Below, in pieces: positions 25,086 through 37,489 of a stretch of 64,000 nucleotides of DNA. The position numbers and the translations under genes were made by a program. The notes under the pieces are model-generated. The model did no database searches. It was given only the letters and a program-made list of their open reading frames with translations, and was not told the DNA's origin. Numbering within the stretch: the first letter of the stretch is position 1; every line of letters starts with the position of its first letter. Origin of the DNA: the human T2T-CHM13v2.0 reference genome, Homo sapiens; the NCBI RefSeq assembly GCF_009914755.1, contig NC_060927.1; one strand, 5' to 3'.

Positions 25086-25752
25086 ACATTCTGGTTATCT
25101 TAGACTTTCAATTAAGCTCAGTCATAGATAATAATTAAGTATTGGGGCTATAAACTATGCCAACTGGAGCAGTGTATTTCCCTTTGGCTGCAAGTAAAAA
25201 CATGTTCTAATATTTATTCTTCAATGTAATGTTATGAAGAATTTTTTGTCTCCTCCATCACTGAAGCTCTTAAGTTGATAAACATCACTAGATTTGGCCA
25301 GATTCAGGCTCTGATAGAACAAATGCAGAAATGAGACACTGGTTACCTGAATTGTGATTTTGGCTGTATGTTATTTCATTTTGCATTTTTGAAAAAGTCA
25401 GAAAAACTCTTTTAGGTATCTAAGCATTATCTATAACTATGTCAAAATAAAAGTATCTACCCATTTCCATTCATTAGTTTAAACACATATCTAAGTAATG
25501 TTGTTCATTGATTATGATAATTTAAAGCATTGATTTTAGATTGTATTTTAGTCATTGTAGTGACATCTTTATACTTTGAATGTCAGTTTCAAAGCCAAAA
25601 ATGTATCAAATAATATTTTAATGTTCTAGTTACTGTCACTCTGAGAGCCAACTGATACTCCTAAGAATGTTGCATTGTTATGTATGAAATACTACAAAAC
25701 TATTCTTTAGAACTTCGAAATAGTCTTCTTTTTATTGATAGAATCAAAGAAT
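24580..25752 (+). repeat. ~250-bp dispersed direct duplication (24580-24831 and 25504-25752)
   Basis: Collinear over the whole length, e.g. CTGTCACTCTGAGAGCCAACTGATACTC identical; roughly 85% identity by eye. Confidence 0.95.
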
Positions 25753-26965
25753 AAGAGGACACCAAAAAAACTATTCGTTATTTTATTTCATAACTATCAA
25801 TCATGCCATTTTCAATTTGCCACACATTCACTGCCTAATAGAAGAGAATCATGGTAAACAAACCTGTTCATAGTTTTAGTCAGCAGTGACACACTTGCCC
25901 ACACACTTAGTCCACATTTCTTGAGTTTTCAGCCTCTCTAGAAGCATAATTCAGAAACCTAAAATTACTAAAACATTTTACAAAGAAAAAGAGGAGCAAA
26001 GGCAACTTTTCTAGCAATAACAGGTTCTTTAAATCAAAGCATTTTCTAGACATATAGTGGAATAATAATTCATAAGGTTGCCAGTTACCATGTTCATTTT
26101 ATTTGATATAATTTATTAATACCCAAAGCTAGCCAGCACACTGCTATTAAGCAGAGCACAGGGAATGTTAAATAACAGAAAGTAATAGAAATTTTATCAC
26201 GTAGAAAAATAATCTGATAAATTACTATAAATAAATACAAAATAGAAAAAGATAAGAAAAAACTGCATTTGCAATTTAAAGCTATCGGGCAGGTGTGTAA
26301 TGTCACATGCTTGCAGAATCCTATTTATAAATGCACATTTTAATACCAACTCATTGGCCCTATTCATTAAGAGGAAAAGTGCTGATTAGAAACAATTTTC
26401 ATTTTTTCCATGCACCCCAAGAGTTCTTTCTAAAAAAAGTCTTTCTAATTAGTTTAGACTCATTTTTAATGAATTCATAAATTTTTATGAATTCATAAAT
26501 ATTGTTTCTGAGATTGTTGCTTAAGCAGTATATACACATGTGTATACATTTACATAATGTATAAATTATAAAGGTGTGTGTGCATGTGTGTGTGTGAGAG
26601 GGAGAGAGAGAGAGGAAGAGAGAGAGACCATCGAATAATTTTATTTAAAGAGAAAATCATTAGTGAACAATAGCTATAATTAATTTGTATTGTATCCTTG
26701 AGGGTTAAATATAACCAGTGTATGATTCTAAAAGCCATAAAATTCAACACTGCACTAAAAATTAATAAGGATGCTTCTCTTTATGCATTTTCTATGTTTT
26801 TCTGTGAAAGGAAACTTTCTCTTATATTTTCTTTTCAAAGAGCATATTACCATTTGGAATTCTGGCTTATCCTAAGGCAGATCCCATATAAGTAGGTATT
26901 TAATTCTGTAATTGAAGCTTTTAAAGTAAGAGTTGGATATGATTTATTTATGTTTCAGAATTATA

Positions 26966-29000
26966 CATTTGTAGTAATGCCAACAATCAGTGGAAGTTCA
27001 GGACATCATGAGCCAACCATAGGAGTTGGGGAAGTTAGTTAGGATGCCATGGTTAGAAGCTGAAAAAGGGATGATGAGCCTATAAACAAGAAAGGTAGCT
27101 GTGGGAATGAGAGGTAGAAGACAGATTCCAGAGCTATTCAGGAGACGGAATTAACACGATGTGCTGACTGATTGAATGTGAGAGAGGAGATAAATGAATA
27201 AGTTGAGGATCATAATGAGGTTTCCTAGCTTGGGTGACTCACTGAATGGTGATTTCATTAACTGAAAGGAAAGCTGAAGAGGAAAGAGCAATTTTGGAGA
27301 GGAAAATAAGGACTTTGGCCTGGATGTATTGAAACTAAAGTCTATGTAAAATATACCTTGTAACCATTTTACAATACATGTTATATTACAACACAGGTTA
27401 TATGATTGGGGGTTATTATAAATACAGATTTTTTAAATTCACTGGAATAAAAGATCACTCTTATGAAGGGATTAACTTAGCCCTCTAAAATCATATAGAA
27501 TGAGCAGAGAAAAGTTCCAAAAACTGAACCCTGCATTACACAAATATTTAAGAGGTAGTTAGTGAAAGGTATATCAGGAAAGAAGGAAAAAAGAGTGGCC
27601 AGATAGGAGAAAGCAGAATTAAGGGACTAGATAATTGTACTATTGAGTTTCATGAGTGAAATGATTTCCCCAAAAATTGCTGCCAGAAATGTGGAGAAGA
27701 TGTCACAGTTAAAAAAAACCACTGTGGACTTTTTGAGCATTTTTTGAAGGAATATTTAAGGTAGACACCAAATTGCAATGGGTAGGGGAATTAAACTGAA
27801 TGGTGAAGAGCTCATGAGCTCATGGATTTGTCTCCAGTTGTTATCTTGTGTATTAGATCTGTTTAACTATATCATGGGAGTACTTTATTACAGTTCATCT
27901 TGAGTTGGCTCCAAGTTGGCACTGCTGTTAGGCAGTGCTTTTTTCATAACTATGGGCCCCATTTTAAACAAATGCTTAAAAGTGATTAATCTCCTGGCTT
28001 AAAGACATTTAAGACTGAAATTAAAACCATTTCTGTCACTGTTCCTGGAAATTTGTAAACTTTAATCTCTAAATCTTCTCCTCTATATGAATGGTTTGGT
28101 TTTTATATACCATTTTGATATTTATGGTGGAAGCTATTATTCACTGAAAAGGAAGAATTTTACTTCACTCAGATTTCAATGTATTTAATAGTATCTGATA
28201 GAAGCCTTAAAAGTACATAAAAAGACAGTGGTACACCTCTTTCAGAAGATAATATTTCAGAATGTCAGATTTCCTACTTTACTACAAATGAGTATATAAT
28301 AAATAGAACTTTAAGGCACTCTGGTAAGATTATTAGGCAAATCTGGTGTGCACTCCTTTGAGATCATACAATATGTATGAATTACAATTTTGTTGTTGCT
28401 ACAAAACAAAGATGAAATCTTAAAAGCAACCAGAATATCTTTAAAGATTTAACCTTAGATGTCAGTGTAATAGAATATCTTTCCATTTGCTAAAACATTG
28501 CAAGATACCTTGGCAAACTACATTCACCACTTAAAGTCCTGGTGAGGATTCTGCTTTAAAACACTGTATTTACTACTAGATACCCTTCGCTCAATTTTAA
28601 AATTTCCATCTCTTTCATATACCATTTTCCCACACATGTTCAGTACAATTCAGATATAACCATGCATATTATGTAGCTTTCCACCAGGAAAGAGATAGTA
28701 CATTCAAATTTAAATACATTGAAAGAGCTTAGTAAAAGAACCACACACATAGTTGTAGTGAGGAATAGGAAACCCACAAAACACAGTGAAATCTCAGGGG
28801 CTAGAATGGCTCCCATAACAACTCTAGGTATTTGGAGGGAGAGAGATAACAGTGACCCGGAAACTAGAGACAGAGGGCCGTGAGGCAAATCTGCTTGCAG
28901 AAGATGAGGTAGGTCAGACTACTGCAGCAGAAGTAGTGGCATTTGTAGTAATGCCAAAGATCAGTGGAAGTTCAGGACATCATGAGCCAACCATAGGAGT
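26966..29000 (+). repeat. 61-bp dispersed direct duplication (26966-27026 and 28940-29000)
   Basis: 59/61 identical. Confidence 0.95.
27030..27800 (-). mobile_element. L2 fragment
   Basis: GTAGCTGTGGGAATGAGAG...GACTGATTGAATGTG...TTTCCTAGCTTGGGTGACT typical of antisense L2. Confidence 0.7.
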
Positions 29001-29125
29001 AGAGAGAAGAAATGTTGATTTAACTATCTCCTTTCCTTCCTTTTATTCCCTGTCAATGGTCCTCAATGATGGAACCCAGAAGACAAGAGAGTCTGTTGGT
29101 ATAGTCAGTACAACATAGAGCCCAC
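28680..29125 (-). mobile_element. Old ERVL-class LTR fragment (LTR33/LTR41-like)
   Basis: CCAGGAAAGAGATAGTACATTCAAATT...GGAAACCCACAA...GGGGCTAG resembles antisense ERVL LTRs; subfamily uncertain. Confidence 0.45.
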
Positions 29126-29319
29126 CACTGCATAATCATCACTCAAAACACTGTTACATTACATAACTTAACACGTTATGTTATATAAATTCATGCTATA
29201 TAGAGCATTCTGGAGGGACCTACATCTGGATAGACAGTAACATAGAATAGATCTCGATAGTGTTAAGTATATATATATATATATACACACATATACATAC
29301 ATATATATATGCATATAAA

Positions 29320-29960
29320 ATGAAAGGGCATTCAACATAGTCTTCAGGGAAATAAAAATTTTAAAGAATATAATATTTTAACATACACCATTAGAATGGC
29401 TTAAAAAAAAACCCAAAAACAGTGAAGGAAAAATAAAAAACTGATATGACCAGATACTAGTGAAGAAATCAAGCAGTCTAAACTGTCATATATTACTTTT
29501 CAGAGTGCCAATTGATATATGACTGTTATATTCTACCCAAACTGGTACAACCTAAGAACAAACAATATATAGAGAAATGTATTATTTTGTGTAGAAATGG
29601 TTTGTACAGGATACTGATAACAATACTATTTACGAAAGTCAAAAGCAGAAATAACCCAAATATCCACCAACAGTAGGATCAGTGAGTAAACTGTGGCATA
29701 TATATATGATGAAATTAAAACAAACATCCAATAATATGGATAAAATCACAATGCTTAGTGAAAAAAGTCAAACATGAAAAAAAGTATTTTTTAATTTATA
29801 TGACATTCATTTATATAACATAGCATATGTTAAGTTATATAAAATTAAAAGTGGTGATAATCTTCCATATCTTGATTTGAGTGGTGACTATGCAGGTATA
29901 TTCACTTTGCAAATATTCACCAAGCTGAATGATTATAATGTGTTCACTTTTGTGTATGTA
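29320..29960 (+). mobile_element. L1ME-like 3' fragment
   Basis: ACACCATTAGAATGGCT, AACCCAAATATCCACCAACAGTAG, TATCTTGATTTGAGTGGTG. Confidence 0.65.
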
Positions 29961-30092
29961 TTTTATAATAAATGTTTAAAAGAGGATTTTCTTAAAAGAA
30001 AATGGTAAGGAAAGTATGGATGAAAGGTCTAATAAAGATACCTAGCACACTACAGCAGTGAGAGATCTTCTCTAACTTCTGGCTTTGCCTAG

Positions 30093-30122
30093 CGCTACGT
30101 GGAAATAATGCTCACCAGTATG
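30093..30122 (+). other. Candidate 30-nt microexon
   Basis: Branch point CTAAC 30072-30076, pyrimidine tract ending TTTGCCTAG, donor ATG|GTAAGC, two CpGs, unique sequence. Confidence 0.4.
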
Positions 30123-30359
30123 GTAAGCAACTTCTGATTTGGACATCAGAGGTCATTATGCAGAAGATAAAAATGTAAGGATTTCATATCCTTAGAATTG
30201 GGAAACCTTCCATTTGGCTGTAATTACATCACAAACCATCTGTTTTATTAATATCTTTGTGCCTCATTTTCCTCATTTGTAAACTGATGAAATTGAGAGA
30301 AATAATTTCTAAGATTTTCTGCCAATTCAATGTCTTTCTTGCCAATTATAATTTAGAAA

Positions 30360-30590
30360 GATGATAGGTAGATAGATACAGACATAGACAGGTACATACA
30401 TGCATGCACAGCTAGCAAGTCAGATAGTAGACAGAGACATAGATACACAGATGCATTTATACACACATACATAGATACCTATATACATATCTACATGTCT
30501 AGATACATAGATGACAGATACATAGACACTTATACACATGACAATATACATAGCTAGACGGATGGATAGATAGATAAATAGATAGAGAGA
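30360..30590. repeat. Degenerate (TAGA)n/(CATA)n low-complexity tract
   Basis: Direct reading. Confidence 0.85.
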
Positions 30591-31582
30591 CCGATCAAAC
30601 AGTAATGTGAAACAAGGTATTTATGCTCTTTCATGTGTTTATGTATTTGTACATGTACTCAAGACACATCAATATGAAATTATAATCAGTAAAAATCCAG
30701 CAGCTTCAGTTCTAAAAAAGCAAGCTAACAAGATTAGGAATAAGTAAAAAACAAAAGCAAATAGAATAAAGACAAAAATAAGGTTCTAAATCAACCAATA
30801 TTTTAAATTAAGTGTCAGAAGAAGCTGGACACATGAATGTGTATGACAAAGAGGAGTATATCTGAATGTTACATTTTTGTAGTTTGATGGTCTAATTTTA
30901 TCCCATCTACAAGACGGATCTTATATCTAAAGGAAAGTAATCAATAATTAAACAGAGAAGTACCTGCTTGCCAGGCAGGTCTCATATTTTAAAATACAAA
31001 TAAGATTTTCCTCCCAGAAGAAATATATTTTCATGACAGGTAGGTAAATAAATTCTGTTGTTTTGTTTTTTTTTAATACTGCATCTGACAATAATTAAGC
31101 CTCTGTTAAGCCTGTTGTTTATTTTTAAGTTCAAATTTACTTAACAGTCATTAAAATCTCAGCATTTGCATTTGCCTGTAGTGAGATTCTTCTGTGGGCT
31201 TCACAGTGGTTCACAGTAGGCAGTCAAGCCTAATAATAATGGCATGCTAATACTAGAAGAATCTCCAAGTAGTTGGAAAAATTGAGACATGAAATCATGT
31301 TTTAAAAGTAACCTTTATTTTAAATGTATTGCTTTTTATCATTTTAGATTCATAAACAAGTTGATTTTTATTAGTTTTATGTTCTTTTGGGATGCTCCAT
31401 TTTTCTTTTGAACTAGTTGGAATCAAACTCATCCAGAGCTTAAAAGCAAGTGAAGAGAGTCAAATTTGAGGCAAAATAGAATGTACAGTGTAAGGATCTG
31501 GGCGGTGGAATCCAATAGACATGTTTTTGAACTTATGTAAATGATAAAATAACATTTGTATTTAAAAAAAATATGTTTACTA

Positions 31583-31877
31583 GGCCAGGCGCAATGGCTC
31601 ACGCCTGTAATCCAGAACTTTGGGTGGCTGAGGCAAGTGGATCACTTGAGGCCAGGAGTTGGAGACCAGTCTGGCCAACATGGTGAAACCCCATCTCTAC
31701 TAAAAATGCAGAAATTAGCAGAGTGTGGTGGCACGCACCTGTAATCTCAGCTACTTGGAGGCCGAATTGCTTGCATCCAAGAGGAGGAGGCAGAGACTGC
31801 AGTGAGCCAAGATCGTGCCACTCCAGCCTGAGCGACAGAGTGAGGCCCTGTCTCAAAATAAAAACAAAACCAAAGCT
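31583..31877 (+). mobile_element. AluS (Sz-like) with small internal deletions
   Basis: GGCCAGGCGCAATGGCTCACGCCTGTAATCC...; degenerate TSD AAAAATATGTTTACT / AAAAATTTGTTGACT. Confidence 0.9.
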
Positions 31878-32385
31878 AAAAATTTGTTGACTTATTATCA
31901 AATTATTTACACAGTAATCTAAACAGAATGGGTCCCCCATAAATGAAATTAAGAGGAGTTAAACAATTTTTTTGGACTGTAAAATATTAGATTGTATATT
32001 ACTTGTATTAAGTAACTGGCAGTAAGCACTTTTCGAGCATGTTGTATTAAATGGGAATGCAGCAAATGTATTGAGCCAGTACCTTTAGGGTGTACTCATG
32101 ATATTGCCTCTGACAATAATTAAACCCAAACACTGAACTAGTTGAGATATAAAGCAAAGTCATTGTCATATGGAGACCAAATAGAATTGCTATTAAATAA
32201 TATATATTGGGCTGAATCAAGTTCCTAATACCAAGGCACAGAATCAGAAAGCAGCATTAGATATAAAGAGGCTTCCTGAACTCCAGCTCTCCCCTCCTCA
32301 GGAGGAGCAACGTCAAACTCTGACTTCCTGCCTGCGGTTTGCTCACCATGACGAGAGAGGAAGCAGTATGTAGATATGTCTTTCT

Positions 32386-32688
<303 letters not shown>

Positions 32689-32865
32689 GGAAAGATTAAA
32701 ATGTCTTTCCAACTGAAAAAAAAGTCAAGTAAGAAGTGCTCATAATATTTTTAAAAATATAAAGCTTGAGCATTATAAACTGTGAAAAAGATTTGACAAA
32801 CAAGAAGTGTGAAATATGATCTGTGATACAAAAAAGCCTCATCACAAGAGATCCTGTTTCTCCAG

Positions 32866-32940
32866 ATGAGGAATGCTTCAGCTCTTGTATGAAAAGCATA
32901 GAATCTAAACCAAGACAGAGAGGAGACCTGTCACTTACCA
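32866..32940 (+). other. Candidate 75-nt exon
   Basis: Acceptor TCCTGTTTCTCCAG|A and donor CCA|GTAAGT; open in phase 1 (DEECFSSCMKSIESKPRQRGDLSLT). Confidence 0.3.
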
Positions 32941-34867
32941 GTAAGTGTCATGTTTTCAACATTCTCTTAGGGAAGAAGGAATTGGAATACAATTGGAATT
33001 AAGTGGTTCATTTTATAAGATCCTCCTAAATCAACAGATACATATATAGCTTTTTTTTTCTGATGTGCAGATTTCTATATTAGACAGATATTCATCATTA
33101 TTGTGTTGTTGTTTTCAAATTAAGGCTTTCCTTTACAAAGTGTCTTTACAGACAGATACTTACGCTAATAGGAATCAAGTGACCACTTCAGTCGACATCA
33201 AGAGCCATAATTGGTCAAACTACGCATCCAGCATCCTTACAGCATAAGACTTTTAGAAATGCATTTCTTTAGAAATCAAAGAAACCTTTACACATATAAT
33301 AGTTAAAATGTTTCAATAGTCTCGATTAATACAAATGATTAACACCACACCCCCATTTTTAACAGTAAATGAGATTTCAGTGTCTTAGAAGTTTGTATAT
33401 ACATGCTTATCATTTGAATTTTTCCTACTCAATGGAAAACAAAGTAGTTTTCCTTTGTGTAGAATGGGAAAAGATTAAAAATTTCAAAAGTATTGACTGC
33501 CATCTCCTAGAAAAGTAGAATATTGGTGTGTTGCTATAAATACTACCACAGTTTGCAGAAAGGGTGTATTTAAAATAAAGGGGTGAGAAGTTAAAATTGT
33601 GCTATTTATCCATTGCATTTACTATAGATTGAAAGGGATTTGTAAGTCAAAAGAAGCAAAATGAAAGCAAGAAAAGGTCAAAAAAAGTAACAAAGATAGA
33701 ATGCAGAACAGGTAAATGTGCCCCTAGGGAAACACACAACAGGAAAGGCATAAAGATAATGGCACATATCTCAGTCTAGATATATAGAATGCAGTGCCAG
33801 GTTTGGTCTTTAAGGTGTGCGTTAATTCGAATGGAGAATTTTCCATTGTGAATATGCATTTTAGTGCCTCTACTCTAGGTAAATGTTTGTTTGATTGCTG
33901 AGCCTAATAGTGGTAGTATCTAAATGAGCCTTATAATAATGGTAGTATCTAAATGGTGTTTGCTCGGCGCAATGCTCATATTACATACAAGTGAACAAGC
34001 TTCTGCTAGAGCTCCTATGTCACATCATAGGAAATAGTTTTCATCAAAGCTGGTTTAAGCGTAGCAAAGTGAAGAAAGTAAATTCAACAAGAAGAAAAAT
34101 GTTTTATGTGAAAACTGGGACTTGGCAAATGGGCAAAGTAAAAGGTTTTAGAGTTATAAAATTCATAATTTTCTACTTGCCCTATTTAAAGTGAATGCAA
34201 TGCTTCAACTAAGATCTGTTACATGATACTTTATATTAATAGTCTGTTTCCCCAACTCATGTCTATTTGCTCTTCCCAGATATATTTGTGTCATACAAAG
34301 GTAGAGAGCAATGCTATAATTACCATCACCAGATAGCTTATTTATTAATTCAGGCAAAGCCCTTTTGCTGCTCAAAATCACTAGTATTTTTCCTGGTATT
34401 TCTCTGCTACTAGGGACTCAATGCTTCCCCCGATCTATTCATGCAAATTCCATTCATGTTAAATTGAAGTGCTAACAAGTGTGCTTTTTTTGGGTATGTT
34501 GTAAACATAGTGTGCTAAACTTATCATATATAAATCTCTCCAGTATATTCATGCTATTCTAAGCATTGATAATAATAAATCTTATAATGTTTCTGAAGTG
34601 ATACCCTCAATTGAATGTTGATGAAAACAAAATTTAATAAACTTACATCCACGCGGTGCTTTGTATTTTCAAAGTTGTTTGATTTTCAAAGCCTCTGCAC
34701 AGCACAAAATGTTGTAGGTCAGCATTCAAGTATAATTATGTCCATCTAATGGAAGGAAAACTGAGCACTTAGAAAAGTTAAGTGAAAAGTTTGACAACGC
34801 GCTTTCATGATTCTGTAGGTAAATTGACACCAATACCTGCCTGTGTTATCTATTGAGGAAATATAAT

Positions 34868-35548
34868 TGAAAGTCAAATCTCTCAACCCAGAAATCTACT
34901 CCACAAAGGTAGTAGACAAAGAAAACGCTTTTGCTATTGAGAATGCATTAAAACAGAATGTGATGTGCATCACAGGCAGTCCACTAAGTGATTGCAAAGA
35001 CAGAAACAAATTTCACCCTCTTAAAGATCCAAGAAGATACAACCAATTACAGACATGTTTTCCAGATAAACAATAACTAGTCTTCAAGTAAGAGGACTTG
35101 ACAACACCATTTGTCACACATTATTCATACTAACTTTACCTGGTAATTGGGGTGACCATCTCTGTTAGCTACTTGGCTTTATCGAGAAGACAAACTTCTC
35201 TTCATGACAGGATGTAGTTCTATAATTTGGAGCAAGATCACCACCAAAGTCAGCCTCCAACCCTCACACAGAAACTGGAAGAAAGGATTAGTATCTTCCT
35301 TGATGTTTGCATTTCTGAGATGTTTCATGCACTCGAGAAAGATATTACTAGGTCACAAAGCTGAAAAAAAAGTCAATATAGTCTTTGAAAATATTTGTAT
35401 ACATTTCAAATAAATTGGAAAATATTTATAATTAAAAGCAATCTAAGAAGATAATGTTGTAAAAGAAAAAGTAGAGGAGGGAAACCTCTTCTCCCATTTT
35501 CAACAGGAAGAATTAGGCCTTTGATTTTATATTTGCCTTTGTCTTACA
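34868..35548 (-). mobile_element. ERV1 solo LTR (MER90/MER4-group-like)
   Basis: TG...CA termini; minus strand starts TGTAAGACAAAGGCAAATATAAAATC; shares the CATGACAGGA.GTAGTT...TTTGGAG block with the MER67-like LTR in reverse. Confidence 0.6.
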
Positions 35549-36237
35549 CACAGAGCAAACTTCCAACTAGGAAGAACCCAGCCGCATTATATTGCTGCTG
35601 CTCTTTGAGTTCCCCTGGCTGCTTCCTACCAATAAGACCAAGCAAGATAGTAAAGCAGATCCATTCTTTGGAGAAAGGTGGGATTTCCGTTGGCTGACTT
35701 TAGCTCAAGGTTTTGCCAAATCTTCCTTAGACAGCATGGCTGAGTAGGAGCTTCCACTTAAACTTTTCCTCTCTCTCTTTAAGTGTGGTAAAATTTATAT
35801 CACTGAAGACTTTTTCAGCCTTAGCTGGCACCCTCTTTATTTACTTTCAGGCATGTAAACAATTAAAATCATTTCATGTTTAATACCATCTTGGCATTTG
35901 TTTCTTGGAAGACCTGGATTAATAGCACACTGTGGAAACACAAAATAGTAAAATTGCTGTGGAGTGGTATCATTCAAATTACTAATGCATATACCCTTTG
36001 GCTCAGCAATTCCACCTCTGGGAGCTTATCATCTAGACATGCCTGCACACGTCAAAAATGATGTGTGGACAAGGTTGCACATCACCAGAGCATTGTTTAG
36101 GGTATAACAATGGAAAAAACACAAGGGGATGAATTCAATTAGATACTGTAAATTCACACAATGGAATGATATGTATTTATAAAAATGATTAAGGTAGCTT
36201 TCACTGTGCCAATATGGAGCAATCTCCAGAGCATATT

Positions 36238-36358
36238 GTCCAGGTTGAGGTATAGTGACCATTCACAGGCACACTATAGCCTTGAACTCCTGGGCTCAAG
36301 CTATCCTCCTGCCCCAGTCCCCCAGCAATTGGGACTATAGGTGCACACCATGTCCAGG
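36238..36358 (-). mobile_element. FAM/FLAM Alu monomer inside an L1M 3' fragment (~35940-36630)
   Basis: ATTCACAGGCACACTATAGCCTTGAACTCCTGGGCTCAAG. Confidence 0.75.
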
Positions 36359-37489
36359 GTATATTTTTAAGAGATGAAAGCAAGGAGTGGAAGAGTATAA
36401 ATAGAATATCTAATTTTATGTATCTAAAGGGAGGTAATAAGTATATTTTCATATTGGTTTCATGAAACACTGGAAGACTCTCTTATGCATTAGGAAAGAA
36501 ATCATTTTAGGGAATAGAAGGGGAGAAATTTGGTAGAGAAGGAAATGGGCACAATCAAGTTTTCTAAATATATATTTTTTACTGAGATTTGACTCATGTA
36601 AATATACTATCAAATAAAAAATAAAATTCAATTTAATCAAAATATATGAGTCTTATTGAAAGCATGTGGGCACCTAAGCATTAAATAGTAGAAATAATTA
36701 GTGCTTTATTTGACTTTTGAAATGTTGTCCTTTATCTTTGCCTTTTTTCTGTACACTAACTTGTGATCAATGATCTATTTCTTCATTTAATAAACAGTTC
36801 TCAAATATCTACTACTTATCAGACACTGTGCTAGACCCTGGGTGAATAGAACAACAAAGAGCCTATCCTCATGGAGTTATAACCAGAGAGAAAGACAGAA
36901 ATTTCAAACTGAGACTAATTCATTTGTAGAGAAATACTAGAGAAAATGAAGTCTACAAGTGGGATTTCACCCAGCTCTGGGGTTCAGTCAGAAAGCGAAT
37001 CAGTTGCTATAGCAGTAGTAATTTAAATTATTGCTCTGGCCTTGGATATTTCAGAATTCTGAGAGTGGGCATTATATTAAATTGTATACAAATTATGAGA
37101 ATTTCTGTATTAGAAATGTTGACATGGAATGAGGCAGAACGTCTTTGAAAACCATGTTAATCAGATTCAAGCTAGGCATTATCTAAAATGTTTATTTCTT
37201 AAGCTAAAATCTAAAGAGGGTAGCAGTTCCTTTTTGCACACAGATGTAATAAAAAATGCATTATCAGAACTTGCATAAATTAACTTTCAAATAAATATAT
37301 ACATTCTCATAGATATGTAGCATTTTGGCAATCAATGTAGTTGAACTGACAATCTGTATAAATTAAATATATAAATTTAATTATATTTTATAATGTTTTA
37401 CATTAAAATATATTAAATCTTGAAATATAAAGATTTTCTTTTTCATTTAGGGCATTTTTTATATTCTTTTTTTAGTCACATGAAAACAG

